Notes: generated from the sequence alone by a model not told the origin. A DNA stretch of 63,951 nt, filler included, from Octopus bimaculoides (GCF_001194135.2; 8 parts of 7 records of this genome joined end to end with filler, not necessarily neighbours in it); one strand, 5' to 3'. Positions 37,232 through 50,334 are shown, counted from the first letter of the whole stretch. Numbers and translations are program-made.

Positions 37232-39411
37232 AAAGACAGAAAGTTCGGAGAATGGAAAAACGGAGGAAGAGGAAAATGGCACCGATGCCCACGAGGTAAC
37301 ATTGTGAAAGGACCGGAAGGGGAGGTGGTGGGGGAAAAGTTCTTTCTAAGACAGGAGAGTGAAAAAGGGAGGTGAATATCTGTGCGTGCGCGAGANNNNN
37401 NNNNNNNNNNNNNNNNNNNNNNNNNNNNNNNNNNNNNNNNNNNNNNNNNNNNNNNNNNNNNNNNNNNNNNNNNNNNNNNNNNNNNNNNNNNNNNNNNNNN
37501 NNNNNNNNNNNNNNNNNNNNNNATATATATATATATATATATAAATATATATATAATCATACATATATATATATAAATATATACACACACATGCGTATGT
37601 GTACGTATATGTATGTATGCAGGTATATATGTATGTATGCATGTATGTATGTATGCATGCATGTATTTACGCTCGTGTATTTGTACACACATACATGCGT
37701 TCCTATACCCACGCGGATAAACGTTCTGAATACGAAAGCAGATTCGGAGTTCTCTCTCTTTTTCTACTCTATATTTAACAGTAACAGCGTTGATTTAATT
37801 TGAAAATGAGAATTTGCCATTTGAAAATCAGATTAATGATTGCAAAATTTGACCACGAGACTTGAAAGTATGAATATCGATTTTAAGGTGAGATAAGCAA
37901 CCACACACAAACAGAATTATATATTTAAAAGAAATTACATCATCAATACACCATAACGGACGGTTACTATGTGAATCTTGTCAGGTTAATTATCAGTTCA
38001 CGTTAATAAAGTCGCCAGACGTATGATCAAAGTCGCTTCTAGATTTTGTTTTCATAACTAGATACCCCAATGACACCCAATTATGATTTGTATGTGAATA
38101 TGCTACGTTCTCTGATTCTGATTTATCTTCGCAAATGTCTAATTGAGAGTGTTAATTTTTTTCTTTCTTTCTAGGTAATTCATACTAACACATATTATTC
38201 GTATATGTGTCTAAGCATATCGAGTACATCAACACACATTTTAAACAGCTATTAGAAATAGCTTTAATGGAAACATCACTCCCGCAAAACTGTGGTGTTT
38301 TACAGGTTATATTATTTCAAAATGTCACGAAAGTTGCATTAAGAAAGCTTCGCTTTTGGTGGATATTTTATATACACAAATTATTTCTCTTTGGGTGTAA
38401 AGCGTGTCGAGTACATCCACAGATATTTTACAGAACAATTATAAATAGCTTCAGATGGAACTTCGCTCCTACAATGCCGTGGTACTTTACTCAAATTATA
38501 TTATTAAAAAAAAAAAATTAATTACCGTTTTATGTATAAGCAGTTAAAATCAGTCGAAGTTTTATGAAATGGGTTTTGTGTTTTTACACTGAAATCGCCA
38601 TTTTTTACTTTGAAGTGATGTGTTGCCTTTTAAATCGCTGCGTAAATCGTTGTTCAACGATTGACAAGCTCTTATATTCCTCCTATTCTCAAGCAAACAT
38701 TATCTAAAATTCTATTACATGATGCGTTCGTTTTTATTAAGATGGGAAGATGAGATCTGAGATGGATATGACAACTATTTCTAATACTTTTCCCCGAAGG
38801 CTACTTTAACTACATAGCACACAGAAAGAAAAAAAAATAGAAAAGCAGCATTGAGGAATAGATAAAACCAGTGAATCCTGTGACGAGTGCTGAAAGAATA
38901 ATCTTCACAGAATACAGATGTCATAACTAATCTTGAAATATTAAGGCCCAACTCAATATCAGTTGTGCTGAAATGCTTTTACTCGTATGATCGTAAATGC
39001 CTTCTTTCTTTTTTTGTAACAAACACATTCGTTTTACAGAAGGCATCCGGGGCAGTTTTTCGAAATGAAACTGTACCTCGATCGTAATATTTTACAATAA
39101 AGCTAAGATGTGTATACGTCTTTGCCATTGTGTTTATCACCCACCACTACTGCTTGACAATCGTTGTTGTTGTTTTTTTATTACCGTACACGAAACCTAA
39201 TGCTTCGGCAAAAGGAATTGAAGGAAAAAGGTACCAAACCTATGAAAACTGAAGTACAGTGGTTGTTCTGTCCAACTAAACACTATAAAGTGGTGCCCCA
39301 GGATGAGCGGTGTCCACTGACTCTGACAAGTAAAAGATAATATATGCGTGTGTGTGTGTATGTATAAATATTTATGTATATATGTACGCCCATATTTATA
39401 TATGTATGTAC

Positions 39412-39450
<39 letters not shown>

Positions 39451-40021
39451 TATANNNNNNNNNNNNNNNNNNNNNNNNNNNNNNNNNNNNNNNNNNNNNN
39501 NNNNNNNNNNNNNNNNNNNNNNNNNNNNNNNNNNNNNNNNNNNNNNNNNNNNNNNNNNNNNNNNNNNNNNNNNNNNNNNNNNNNNNNNNNNNNNNNNNNN
39601 NNNNNNNNNNNNNNNNNNNNNNNNNNNNNNNNNNNNNNNNNNNNNNNNNNNNNNNNNNNNNNNNNNNNNNNNNNNNNNNNNNNNNNNNNNNNNNNNNNNN
39701 NNNNNNNNNNNNNNNNNNNNNNNNNNNNNNNNNNNNNNNNNNNNNNNNNNNNNNNNNNNNNNNNNNNNNNNNNNNNNNNNNNNNNNNNNNNNNNNNNNNN
39801 NNNNNNNNNNNNNNNNNNNNNNNNNNNNNNNNNNNNNNNNNNNNNNNNNNNNNNNNNNNNNNNNNNNNNNNNNNNNNNNNNNNNNNNNNNNNNNNNNNNN
39901 NNNNNNNNNNNNNNNNNNNNNNNNNNNNNNNNNNNNNNNNNNNNNNNNNNNNNNNNNNNNNNNNNNNNNNNNNNNNNNNNNNNNNNNNNNNNNNNNNNNN
40001 NNNNNNNNNNNNNNNNNNNNN

Positions 40022-40052
<31 letters not shown>

Positions 40053-40059
40053 ATATAGG

Positions 40060-40097
<38 letters not shown>

Positions 40098-40197
40098 TAT
40101 GGGGAGAATTCACACAAAAAAAACAAAAGACGAAGACAGGTGGTGTAGACAACAAACAGATGTATTAGTTTAACGCTCGGAAAGTGAAAACGTATTT

Positions 40198-40225
40198 AAC
40201 GTTTCGAAACTACGCTCTTCCACAG
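40198..40225 (-). ncRNA. Second degenerate minimal hammerhead motif (Penelope-like repeat)
   Basis: Minus strand CTGTGGA-A-GAGC-GTAG-TTTC-GAAAC-GTT; A6 replaced by U and helix II partly mismatched. Confidence 0.35.
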
Positions 40226-40416
40226 AAAGAAACAAGGAGAGAAAATAAAGAGAGAAACTAAAGAAACAAGGAGAGAGCGATGAAAAGAGTCGGTAATCAA
40301 ATGGATGAGTCTCTTCAATATGAAAAATATTTTTGTCATTAAATGCACGGGTTGCTTTCACATTGTAGTAGAACAGTATTAAGAATGCGTATATTCTCGC
40401 CAGTATGGGATCTTAC

Positions 40417-40500
40417 CAAGGTCAATTGGCTTCCTTGAATTTGCTGCAAAATCACGATCAAATCGCTTAAAAACATCTTCAATAATTGTGGCTGCCAATC
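40417..40500 (-). CDS. Probable 84-nt internal coding exon of an unidentified host gene, (G)LAATIIEDVFKRFDRDFAANSRKPIDL(G)
   Basis: Pyrimidine-rich acceptor TTCTTATTCATATCAATTTTTTATTAAAG, donor TTG/GTAAGA, length a multiple of 3 (phase 1-1), G-rich first and A/T-rich third codon positions. Confidence 0.6.
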
Positions 40501-40679
40501 CTTTAATAAAAAATTGATATGAATAAGAAATAGATAACGAGCAGACGGCCAATGCTAACAAAAGGATTAAACGTAAAAGAAATATCGCTAGCACGATTGC
40601 CACTTCGCGTTCCTTTTGCGTATAATAACAAATAAATTTTCCTGAAAGTGCACAACATTGCCTGAAAAAGCATTTGTTG

Positions 40680-41060
40680 TTGGCACTCCGTCGATTACGA
40701 CGTCGAGGGTTCCAGTTGATCCGATCAATGGAACAGCCTGCTCGTGAAATTAACGTGCAAGTGGCTGAGCACTCCACAGATACGTGTACCCTTAACGTAG
40801 TTTTCGGGGATATTCAGCGTGACACAGTGTGACAAGGCTGACCTTTTGAATTACAGGCAAAACAGAAACAGGAAGTAAGAGTGAGAGAAAGTTGTGATGA
40901 AAGAGTACAGCAGGGTTCGCCACCATCCCCTGCTGGAGCCTCGTGGAGCTTTAGATGTTTCCGCTCAATAAACACTCACAACGCCCAGTCTGGGAATCGA
41001 AACCGCGATCCTATGACCGCGAGTCCGCTTCCCTAACCACTGGGCCATTGCGCCTCCACG
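40680..41060 (-). mobile_element. tRNA-headed SINE with Ceph-like middle and RTE-like tail
   Basis: Minus strand GTGGAGGCGCAATGGCCCAGTGGTTAGGG (A box)...GGTTTCGATTCCC (B box)...GATCAACTGGAACCCTCGACGTCGTAATCGACGGAGTGCCAACAAC tail. Confidence 0.8.
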
Positions 41061-41119
41061 CCTGAAAAAGCATACGTAAGAGAAAACCGGATGGGTTGTT
41101 TACACCAAGTACCTAGTTG

Positions 41120-41169
<50 letters not shown>

Positions 41170-41209
41170 TATTATTACTTACTCTTGGTTATTTTAGGTT
41201 CCTTTACAA

Positions 41210-41372
41210 GCGCAGGCTTGGCTGTGTGGTAAGAAAAATTACTTCCAAACCACATGGTTCCGGGTTCAGTTCCACTACGTGGTATATTCGGCAAATGGCT
41301 TCTACTATAGCCTCGGGCAGACCAAAAACATGTGAGTTGACTTGGTAGACGGAAATTGAAAGAAGCCCAATC
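41210..41372 (+). mobile_element. CORE-like SINE head
   Basis: GCGCAGGCTTGGCTGTGTGGTAAG...GAAAGAAGCCC. Confidence 0.85.
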
Positions 41373-41988
41373 GTATATATATATATATGTGTGTGTGGGG
41401 TGTACATATACATACATATATATATATATACATACATATATATGTATATATATAAACAAATAGTAAATGAGTATATGCATATATACGTACAGGTATGTGC
41501 GTACCGACATCCACCTGTATGTATAGGTGCATATCTGGGTACAGGACATTGCAAACAAAACGTAGACGGGAAAACACACAAGCCACATAGAGAACATTCT
41601 ACTTCATCAGCTACTTCCGTTTTAACACCGGCGTTTCAGGAAAACAAACAGAAAAGGTTTTACGGCCAGGCGAGAAAAATTATTCGTGTATGAACGCTGT
41701 GAGGCACGAACTAGAAAGGGACGAAGTAGTTACGCGTGTTTGCTCGGCGATAGCCAAGGAAGAAAAGGATTATTGACCGGAAGCATGTGACCATGCCGGT
41801 GTAAGGGGAAGAGACAGAGAGAGTGGTAGAGGGAGAAACAAAGGGAGGAAGTAGAAGAATAGGTGAGCAATGAGAGGAAAAGAGAAAGAGAGGAAGTACG
41901 AGGGGGGAAAATAGATACGTAGAAGTAACAGAGGAAGAACGAGAGGGGTAAAGCGAGATACGTAGTAGTAAAGAGGAAGAACGAGAGG

Positions 41989-42088
41989 NNNNNNNNNNNN
42001 NNNNNNNNNNNNNNNNNNNNNNNNNNNNNNNNTTAATTAATTAANNNNNNNNNNNNNNNNNNNNNNNNNNNNNNNNNNNNNNNNNNNN
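41989..42088. other. Artificial contig-joining spacer
   Basis: 44 N + TTAATTAATTAA + 44 N. Confidence 0.97.
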
Positions 42089-42254
42089 CACACACACACA
42101 CACGCAAGCTAAAGGTCTCTTCCTATACACATATCCTCCCCTACTCAGGGGGATCACACAAACTACTCATAGTTATTATTATAATTAATCAAATCTTGAA
42201 TTACTAACGCTCGTTAATCATTAAATTTATGTCGTCATCATTGATTGATGCCGG

Positions 42255-42272
42255 CTCTGTTGTTGTTGTTGC

Positions 42273-42309
<37 letters not shown>

Positions 42310-42778
42310 GCTCTCGTGGTCACCATTGTCATTGTCACCGTCCATATTGTTTTTGTTGCTTATAATATCGATGTACTTCTTGTTAATCTTGTAGTTATTA
42401 TCAACTCAACGCAGCCAGAGCTATTCTTGCCGCGAATGGTGTTGCAATCATCATCGCCGTCGTCGTCGTCGTCGTCGTCGTCGTTGTTGTTGTTGTTGTT
42501 GTTATCGTTCTTGTCTTCATCTTTGTCATCGTCGTTGAAATATCGTTGTTGATCTTCTTCTTCTTCTTCTTCTTCTTCTTCTTCTTCTTCTTCCCTCATC
42601 TTCTTCTTCTTCTTCTTCTTCTCCTCCTCCTCCTCCTCCTCATACTTCTTCTCCTTCTTCTTCTTCTCTGCCTTCTTCTTCCTCTTCTTTTTCATCATCA
42701 TCTTCATCATCATCATCACCATTATCATATTCCTTGTCATCATCATCTTCATCATTTTCTTCTTCTTCTTCTCCTTCT

Positions 42779-42825
<47 letters not shown>

Positions 42826-42859
42826 TTCATTATCATTATTATTATCATTATTATTATCA

Positions 42860-42896
<37 letters not shown>

Positions 42897-42967
42897 CATC
42901 ATTATTATTATTACTATTCTTTATTATTATTATTATCATTATTATTATTTTTATTATTATTATTATA

Positions 42968-43026
<59 letters not shown>

Positions 43027-43451
43027 GCATTGTTAGTATTGTTGTTATCATCCTCTCTATCGTTGTTGCTGTTGTTCTTCTTCTTGAATCCTGTTAAAAC
43101 ATCGCTGTTGATCTTGTCATCCTCCTCCCCCTCCTCCTCTCCCTCCTCCTCCCCCCCTCCTCTTCCTCCTCCTCATCGTTGCCCTTACTTATTTCTCACT
43201 GATGATACTTTCCTATGATACTCATTCATCTCATACTCCTTTCCTTCCTTTATTCCTTCCTTCCAACTTTCCTTCTTTCTTTCCTTCTTTCTTTCTACTT
43301 ACGTTATTGGAATTGCTTACAAATAAATTTTTCTCGTTTCTTTTGCTGTTTTCCTCATTAGTCTTGTTGTTTTTGTTGTTGTTGTTATTTCGCATTCTAT
43401 TATGTATTACCCTTGATCGTACTTTGCAAGATCTCTCTCTCTCTCTCTCTT

Positions 43452-43501
<50 letters not shown>

Positions 43502-43920
43502 TAGATTTATCATTGAGTCAGAAAAGGTTTTTAAAATATTGTATTGTTTTATTGAAACATTGAATTATAAAAAAAAAACGGAAAAAGCTGAAGAAGAAGA
43601 AGAAGAAGAAGAAGAAGAAGAAGAAGAAGAAGAAGAAGAAGAAGAAGAAGAAGAAGAAGAAGAAGAAGAAGAAGAAGAGTATGAAAATGAAGAAGTAGAA
43701 AAAGAGATAAGAGGAGAAGGAGAAGAAGGAGGAAGAGGGAAGGGGAGAATGAGCAGGGGCAGGATGGCACCATTACCACCATCGCAATCTGCACAACAGA
43801 AACATCACAGTAGCAACACCAGCAGCAGCAGCAGCTGCAACATTTGCAGCAACAGCAGTAGCAGTAGCAGCAGCAGTGGCAGCAGTAGTAGCAGTAGCAG
43901 CAGCAGCAGCGGCAGCAACA
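42255..43920 (+). repeat. Large mosaic of trinucleotide repeats (ATT, GTC, GTT, TTC, TCC, GAA, GCA)
   Basis: Direct inspection; long pure (GAA)n at ~43589-43678. Confidence 0.92.
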
Positions 43921-44409
43921 AGGCAGTCACGGTTTGAGAAAAGTGAAGAAATTCGCGAGGCGGGAAGAAGCGATTGAAGAAATAAGAGTTAAGTTGTATT
44001 GAAATATCGCTGTTTTGGGAATAACAAGACTTCAGCTTTACTGGAATCGTTCAGCCAGCCGTATGTTGAGGGGAGGGGCGGAGAGATGAAGTAGCTGGGG
44101 TTGGGAGATAAACTGAGTAGGAATGGAAGAGGGAGAGGAAGCCATGATGCCGGCAAAGTCACACCAGAACTTTGCTTTCACAACTTCAACAGTTGTGTTA
44201 TTTCAATCAGTTAAATTGATCAAAGTTGTCTCCACTTATTTGAGAGTACCCCTTTCTCTCTTTCTGCATGTGTGTGTGTGTGCATGCGCGCGCGTTTTCT
44301 TCCGTTTGTGCTTATGTATGGTTACGTGTGTATGTGCATATGCATTTGTGAATAGGGTGTACATATGTATGCATATATGTACTGCTTGACTGTGCATGAC
44401 TTTCGAATG

Positions 44410-44468
<59 letters not shown>

Positions 44469-45212
44469 TAAAAGTTTAACCACCATTTTTCATATGAAAC
44501 TAAATTTGATTAATGGAATTCATAGCCATATACAGATATGTATCTCAGCATGTTTGTAAAAAAAAACACACATACACACATATGTATGAAAGTATCGATG
44601 TATATCGTATACAACAGCTTAGCAATTCTAATTTTTCCTGTAAAACATTTGATTAAACAACGTCCCGTTTTCTTAGTGGTTGTATAGGCGGTTCTTAAAT
44701 GAGTATTCTGTTAAGCCAATGTAACATACGGTATTGTTCATATGCTGTTTGATTAAAGAGAGAAAATATAGTTTTTCACAGCAGTAATAGCATTCTTTTT
44801 GTACGTGGATTAAACTAGATTATATTGTCTTTGCTTTATATCTTTTAGTGGGCAAAGAAGGTAATTCCTATTTTCCACTACAAAGTGTCCATTATGGCTG
44901 GCAAGGATGGATAAAGGTATCCCCAAACTGGCCAATTTATCCGAATGCTTGCAAGACAATGAGTTCTGCTTTCAGCAACCAATGAAAAGATGGTGGTGTT
45001 AAACCTGACTAAGGAATAATTCCGCGAATTGATGGATAACGATGATGATGATGATGATGATAGTCGGTGAAGAGAACTGGGATAAAATCGATGCGCCATG
45101 TGCTCGGGAGGAAAGGATCCGGTGAGAAGACGGGTGGAAATGAATGAGTAGACAAAGAGTAAAGATCGAGAAGCACACAGCCGTGCATGCCTACAATCTT
45201 TGTACGCATGCG

Positions 45213-45273
<61 letters not shown>

Positions 45274-45712
45274 NNNNNNNNNNNNNNNNNNNNNNNNNNN
45301 NNNNNNNNNNNNNNNNNNNNNNNNNNNNNNNNNNNNNNNNNNNNNNNNNNNNNNNNNNNNNNNNNNNNNNNNNNNNNNNNNNNNNNNNNNNNNNNNNNNN
45401 NNNNNNNNNNNNNNNNNNNNNNNNNNNNNNNNNNNNNNNNNNNNNNNNNNNNNNNNNNNNNNNNNNNNNNNNNNNNNNNNNNNNNNNNNNNNNNNNNNNN
45501 NNNNNNNNNNNNNNNNNNNNNNNNNNNNNNNNNNNNNNNNNNNNNNNNNNNNNNNNNNNNNNNNNNNNNNNNNNNNNTAATGAAAGGCAAAATGGACCCT
45601 CGGTGCAATTTGATTTCAGTACGTACAGCAGGAAGGAATGCTGAGAAGCATTTTGTCCCGCATACTCGTCGCCTTAATATTAATAATTCTTTCGACTATA
45701 AGCCCAAGGCCT

Positions 45713-45761
<49 letters not shown>

Positions 45762-45799
45762 TAATAATAATAATAATAATATTAATAACAATAATAATA

Positions 45800-46018
45800 A
45801 TGGTTTCAAATTTTAGCACTGGACCAGCAAATTTGAGGGAGGGTGTATGTCGATTACATCGACCCCCAGTGTTTAACTGATGCTTGTTTCATCGAGCCCA
45901 ACAGGATGAAAGATAAAGTCGACCTCGGCGGAATTTGAACTCAGAACGTATAGATGGACGAAATGCCGCTAAGCATTTTACCCGGCATGCTAACAATTCT
46001 GCCAGCTCGTCGCCTTAA
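45800..46018 (-). mobile_element. Nin-domain SINE, full length, with (AAT)n tail at 45713-45800
   Basis: Reverse complement of head, B box and Nin domain. Confidence 0.9.
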
Positions 46019-46333
46019 CAACGACAACAACAACAATGATAATATCAATAATGACTATTCCTCTCTTCTCTGCTCTTAACCTCTACCTCTCTCTCTTTCT
46101 CTCTTCCCTACCCTCTCTCCATTCTCCTTCTTCTCCCACCCTCCTATACTTCGTCCACAATACCATCTCATTAGTAGAATATCCATCTACTTAAAACCTT
46201 TGCTATATATCCCCTATATGTTACGATATAGAAGCACACATATTCGCACATGCAAACACTCACACATACGTGTTCACACTCTCACACACATACGTGCGCG
46301 TACACCTACACACGCACATGCGCGCACACACAC

Positions 46334-46502
46334 CAGGGCCGTGCTAAGGCATAGACACATTAGGCAGTTGCCCAGGGGCCGCACGGGTTTGGAGCCCCAC
46401 TACTGATCTATGTATATTGTGGTCTGCTGTCAATAAATAAATTTTATATGGCCAAACGCAGTGATCTGCGCAGGGGCCTATAATGCTGCTAAGGTGACCC
46501 TC
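46334..46502 (+). mobile_element. Possible small non-autonomous DNA transposon (CAGGGCC-type end)
   Basis: Starts CAGGGCCGTGCTAAGG and ends CTAAGGTGACCCTC (degenerate inverted end); GC-rich island inside CA repeats. Confidence 0.3.
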
Positions 46503-46513
46503 ACACATACACT

Positions 46514-46547
<34 letters not shown>

Positions 46548-46763
46548 CATGCACACTCCTACACTTGCATATACAAACACCTCTCCCCCCCGCCCGCACA
46601 CACAAAAACCGCTAATTCTATCACAAACACTACTACCACCATCACCACCACCACCACCACCACCACAACTACTGCTAACATCGCCACTTGTCATTGTAAT
46701 CACTACCACAACATACATACACACCAACACAAATAGAAACACACACACACGCAAGCACAAACA

Positions 46764-46796
<33 letters not shown>

Positions 46797-48709
46797 CCAC
46801 ATACACACACACACGCGCACACAGAGGCAACACCATTTAACCGAAGTTGCAACACTCACAATAACGAACGACAATAATTAAATTGGTTTTGCCAGCAAAG
46901 TCAATGCGTGCACCAGCGACCAAGACGTCTGACCCAGGGGTCAAGAAAAGACCATTTTCTTAAGACGGTTCGCCAAACACAATCGACCAAAAGCTATCTT
47001 GGATAATTTCCCATGATAACTCCAAGCTTCTCTGCATGTTAACCGCTGCCATACACATGACTGCCTCGGTCGATTCCATTACAACCATCGGTCACACCGC
47101 CAACCGTTTCGTCTCGTTTCGAGATGACGACAGGCGAATAGGCAACGTTATCGCTGTTATGTATATACGTACGTGTGTGTGTGTGAGTAAGCGTGTGCGC
47201 TTCTGCTTGTGTGTATGTGTGAGTGAGAGAGAGAGGCAGGGTGTGTATACGTGCGTGTGTGAGTGTGAGCGTGTGTGTGTGTGTGAGAGAGAGAGAGAGG
47301 AAGGGAGTATGAATACATCGGATACTTTGGAATAATATTTAGATGTGTATGTACGCATATACAAGTGTATGTGAACATAATGCAAATATTCACACGTGCA
47401 CACATAAAAATGCATACGTACACACACACACATACATACATATGTGTGTTTATGACTGTATATAAGTATATATANNNNNNNNNNNNNNNNNNNNNNNNNN
47501 NNNNNNNNNNNNNNNNNNNNNNNNNNNNNNNNNNNNNNNNNNNNNNNNNNNNNNNNNNNNNNNNNNNNNNNNNNNNNNNNNNNNNNNNNNNNNNNNNNNN
47601 NNNNNNNNNNNNNNNNNNNNNNNNNNNNNNNNNNNNNNNNNNNNNNNNNNNNNNNNNNNNNNNNNNNNNNNNNNNNNNNNNNNNNNNNNNNNNNNNNNNN
47701 NNNNNNNNNNNNNNNNNNNNNNNNNNNNNNNNNNNNNNNNNNNNNNNNNNNNNNNNNNNNNNNNNNNNNNNNNNNNNNNNNNNNNNNNNNNNNNNNNNNN
47801 NNNNNNNNNNNNNNNNNNNNNNNNNNNNNNNNNNNNNNNNNNNNNNNNNNNNNNNNNNNNNNNNNNNNNNNNNNNNNNNNNNNNNNNNNNNNNNNNNNNN
47901 NNNNNNNNNNNNNNNNNNNNNNNNNNNNNNNNNNNNNNNNNNNNNNNNNNNNNNNNNNNNNNNNNNNNNNNNNNNNNNNNNNNNNNNNNNNNNNNNNNNN
48001 NNNNNNNNNNNNNNNNNNNNNNNNNNNNNNNNNNNNNNNNNNNNNNNNNNNNNNNNNNNNNNNNNNNNNNNNNNNNNNNNNNNNNNNNNNNNNNNNNNNN
48101 NNNNNNNNNNNNNNNNNNNNNNNNNNNNNNNNNNNNNNNNNNNNNNNNNNNNNNNNNNNNNNNNNNNNNNNNNNNNNNNNNNNNNNNNNNNNNNNNNNNN
48201 NNNNNNNNNNNNNNNNNNNNNNNNNNNNNNNNNNNNNNNNNNNNNNNNNNNNNNNNNNNNNNNNNNNNNNNNNNTATATATATATATATGAATGTATATA
48301 TCATATCTATCTATTTATCTATCTATCTATATATATATGTGTGTATATATATTATATATAAGTACGTAGTTAGCTGTCTATGTGGGTATCTGTTTATTGA
48401 CATATACGTTTACGTAGTTTGCACCTTTACAACATAGACTTATGCATGTCTCTTTGTGTGTCTATGTGTGAGTGTATAGTTTCTCATTTATACTCACAAA
48501 CACACATGCATATATGAATGTACGTATAATGTAAATGCATATATATATATACATACAAGCACGCACTCATATATACACTCACACACATATATACATAAAT
48601 ACATGAATACACATACACACACACGCATATATACATACAAGCATGAACACACGTACACAGACACAAACACACACGCACACACACATATATGTATATACAT
48701 AAATACACG

Positions 48710-48759
<50 letters not shown>

Positions 48760-49532
48760 CATACATACACGTACTGTCACTAATATATATTTAAACAGAT
48801 ATAGATATTTCTCTCTTACGCTCTTTCTCTGTTTTATACGCTCTCTTCGTCTCTCAGTCTTCGTAACACACACACACATACACACATACACACGCGTGTT
48901 TATATACATACAATATATATATATATATATATATACACTCATACACATATACGCAAATATATATTGCATACATACATGTGCGTATGCGTATCCGTATGCG
49001 TATGCTTGTGCGCACGTGTGTGTGTATATATGTATATATATNNNNNNNNNNNNNNNNNNNNNNNNNNNNNNNNNNNNNNNNNNNNNNNNNNNNNNNNNNN
49101 NNNNNNNNNNNNNNNNNNNNNNNNNNNNNNNNNNNNNNNNNNNNNNNNNNNNNNNNNNNNNNNNNNNNNNNNNNNNNNNNNNNNNNNNNNNNNNNNNNNN
49201 NNNNNNNNNNNNNNNNNNNNNNNNNNNNNNNNNNNNATATATATATATATACACACGTGTGAGTTGGTGTGGACATACATCCATACATACACGTCGGTGT
49301 CTACACACCTATACACACACACACGCGTACACACACACAAAAGGGCCAGTAGGCAGTAGTTACACACATTCGGCTATTTTACAATCCCCAGTCCTGCTAC
49401 AAACTAAGTGTCATTTGTCACTCCGCTATTGTTTTGTTTTACGTATTTTCTTATTTCTTTATTTCATTTTCCGAATTGACGTCCATTGACTTAACGGTTT
49501 GATGTGACACTAAACAGAAAACGTGCGATCGT

Positions 49533-49567
<35 letters not shown>

Positions 49568-50014
49568 TCACACTTGTACTTTATAGTTGATATGTAATTA
49601 TTTAACCACAAACGTGTATCTTAAATAAGGCATTGCCTTTGAAGACAGGAGGCTGGTTGTTTTTGAGAAGGAGCCGTCGAAGGAGCCACAAGGCGGACGC
49701 TCGTTCAAGATTGTAGAAATAGCAGCCAGATCTCCCTCACATATCGCTTTTTATCTACTATCTTCCTAAAACAAATGGAATGGGTCTATGAATAATGTTG
49801 CTTCGGGCAGTCTAAAAAATAAAGTATGAAGAAATAGCGACCATTGTTGAATGAATGCTTTCGAATCAAGTTAATATTGTTAGTGAGTTTTCAATGGTGG
49901 GTATGTCTCTTCCACGCTGTTTTAGTTTCAACACAATGCATCAAATAAAATCGAAAAGCTTAATTATTATATGTAATAATTATTACAAAATTATTACATA
50001 TTTATATGTAATAT

Positions 50015-50310
50015 GGAGCATGGCTCAGTGGTTAGAGTTTCGGGCTCACAATCATGAGGTAAGGAGTTCGATTCCCAGACCGAGCTATGTGGTGTGTTGC
50101 TGCAGTTCGCTCAGCTGGCAAAAATGAGTTGCGACGTCATTGGTGCCAAACTGTATCGGCTTTTGAATTTCTCTTGGGCAACATTGGTGGTGTGGAGATG
50201 GGGAGGCTGGTATGCAAGGGCAACTGCTGTCCACACTTGTGCCTCGGAGGGGAACTTTCTAGGTGCAATCCCATGGTCATTCATGACTGAAGGGGAACAT
50301 TACCCTTTAA
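50015..50310 (+). mobile_element. tRNA-derived SINE, third family
   Basis: TGGCTCAGTGGTTAGAG (A box), GAGTTCGATTCCC (B box), ~250-bp body. Confidence 0.75.
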
Positions 50311-50334
50311 ATTAATGTATAAATAAAATGTAAT

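Noticed and set aside
40379-40777. 132-aa minus-strand ORF as a complete gene
   Set aside because: The N-terminal part is the SINE tail and the middle is a polypyrimidine tract; only 40417-40500 looks like an exon.
40985-41060. tRNA gene candidates at SINE heads (also 50015-50085)
   Set aside because: A and B boxes are present but they continue into SINE bodies, with no intact acceptor stem or terminator.
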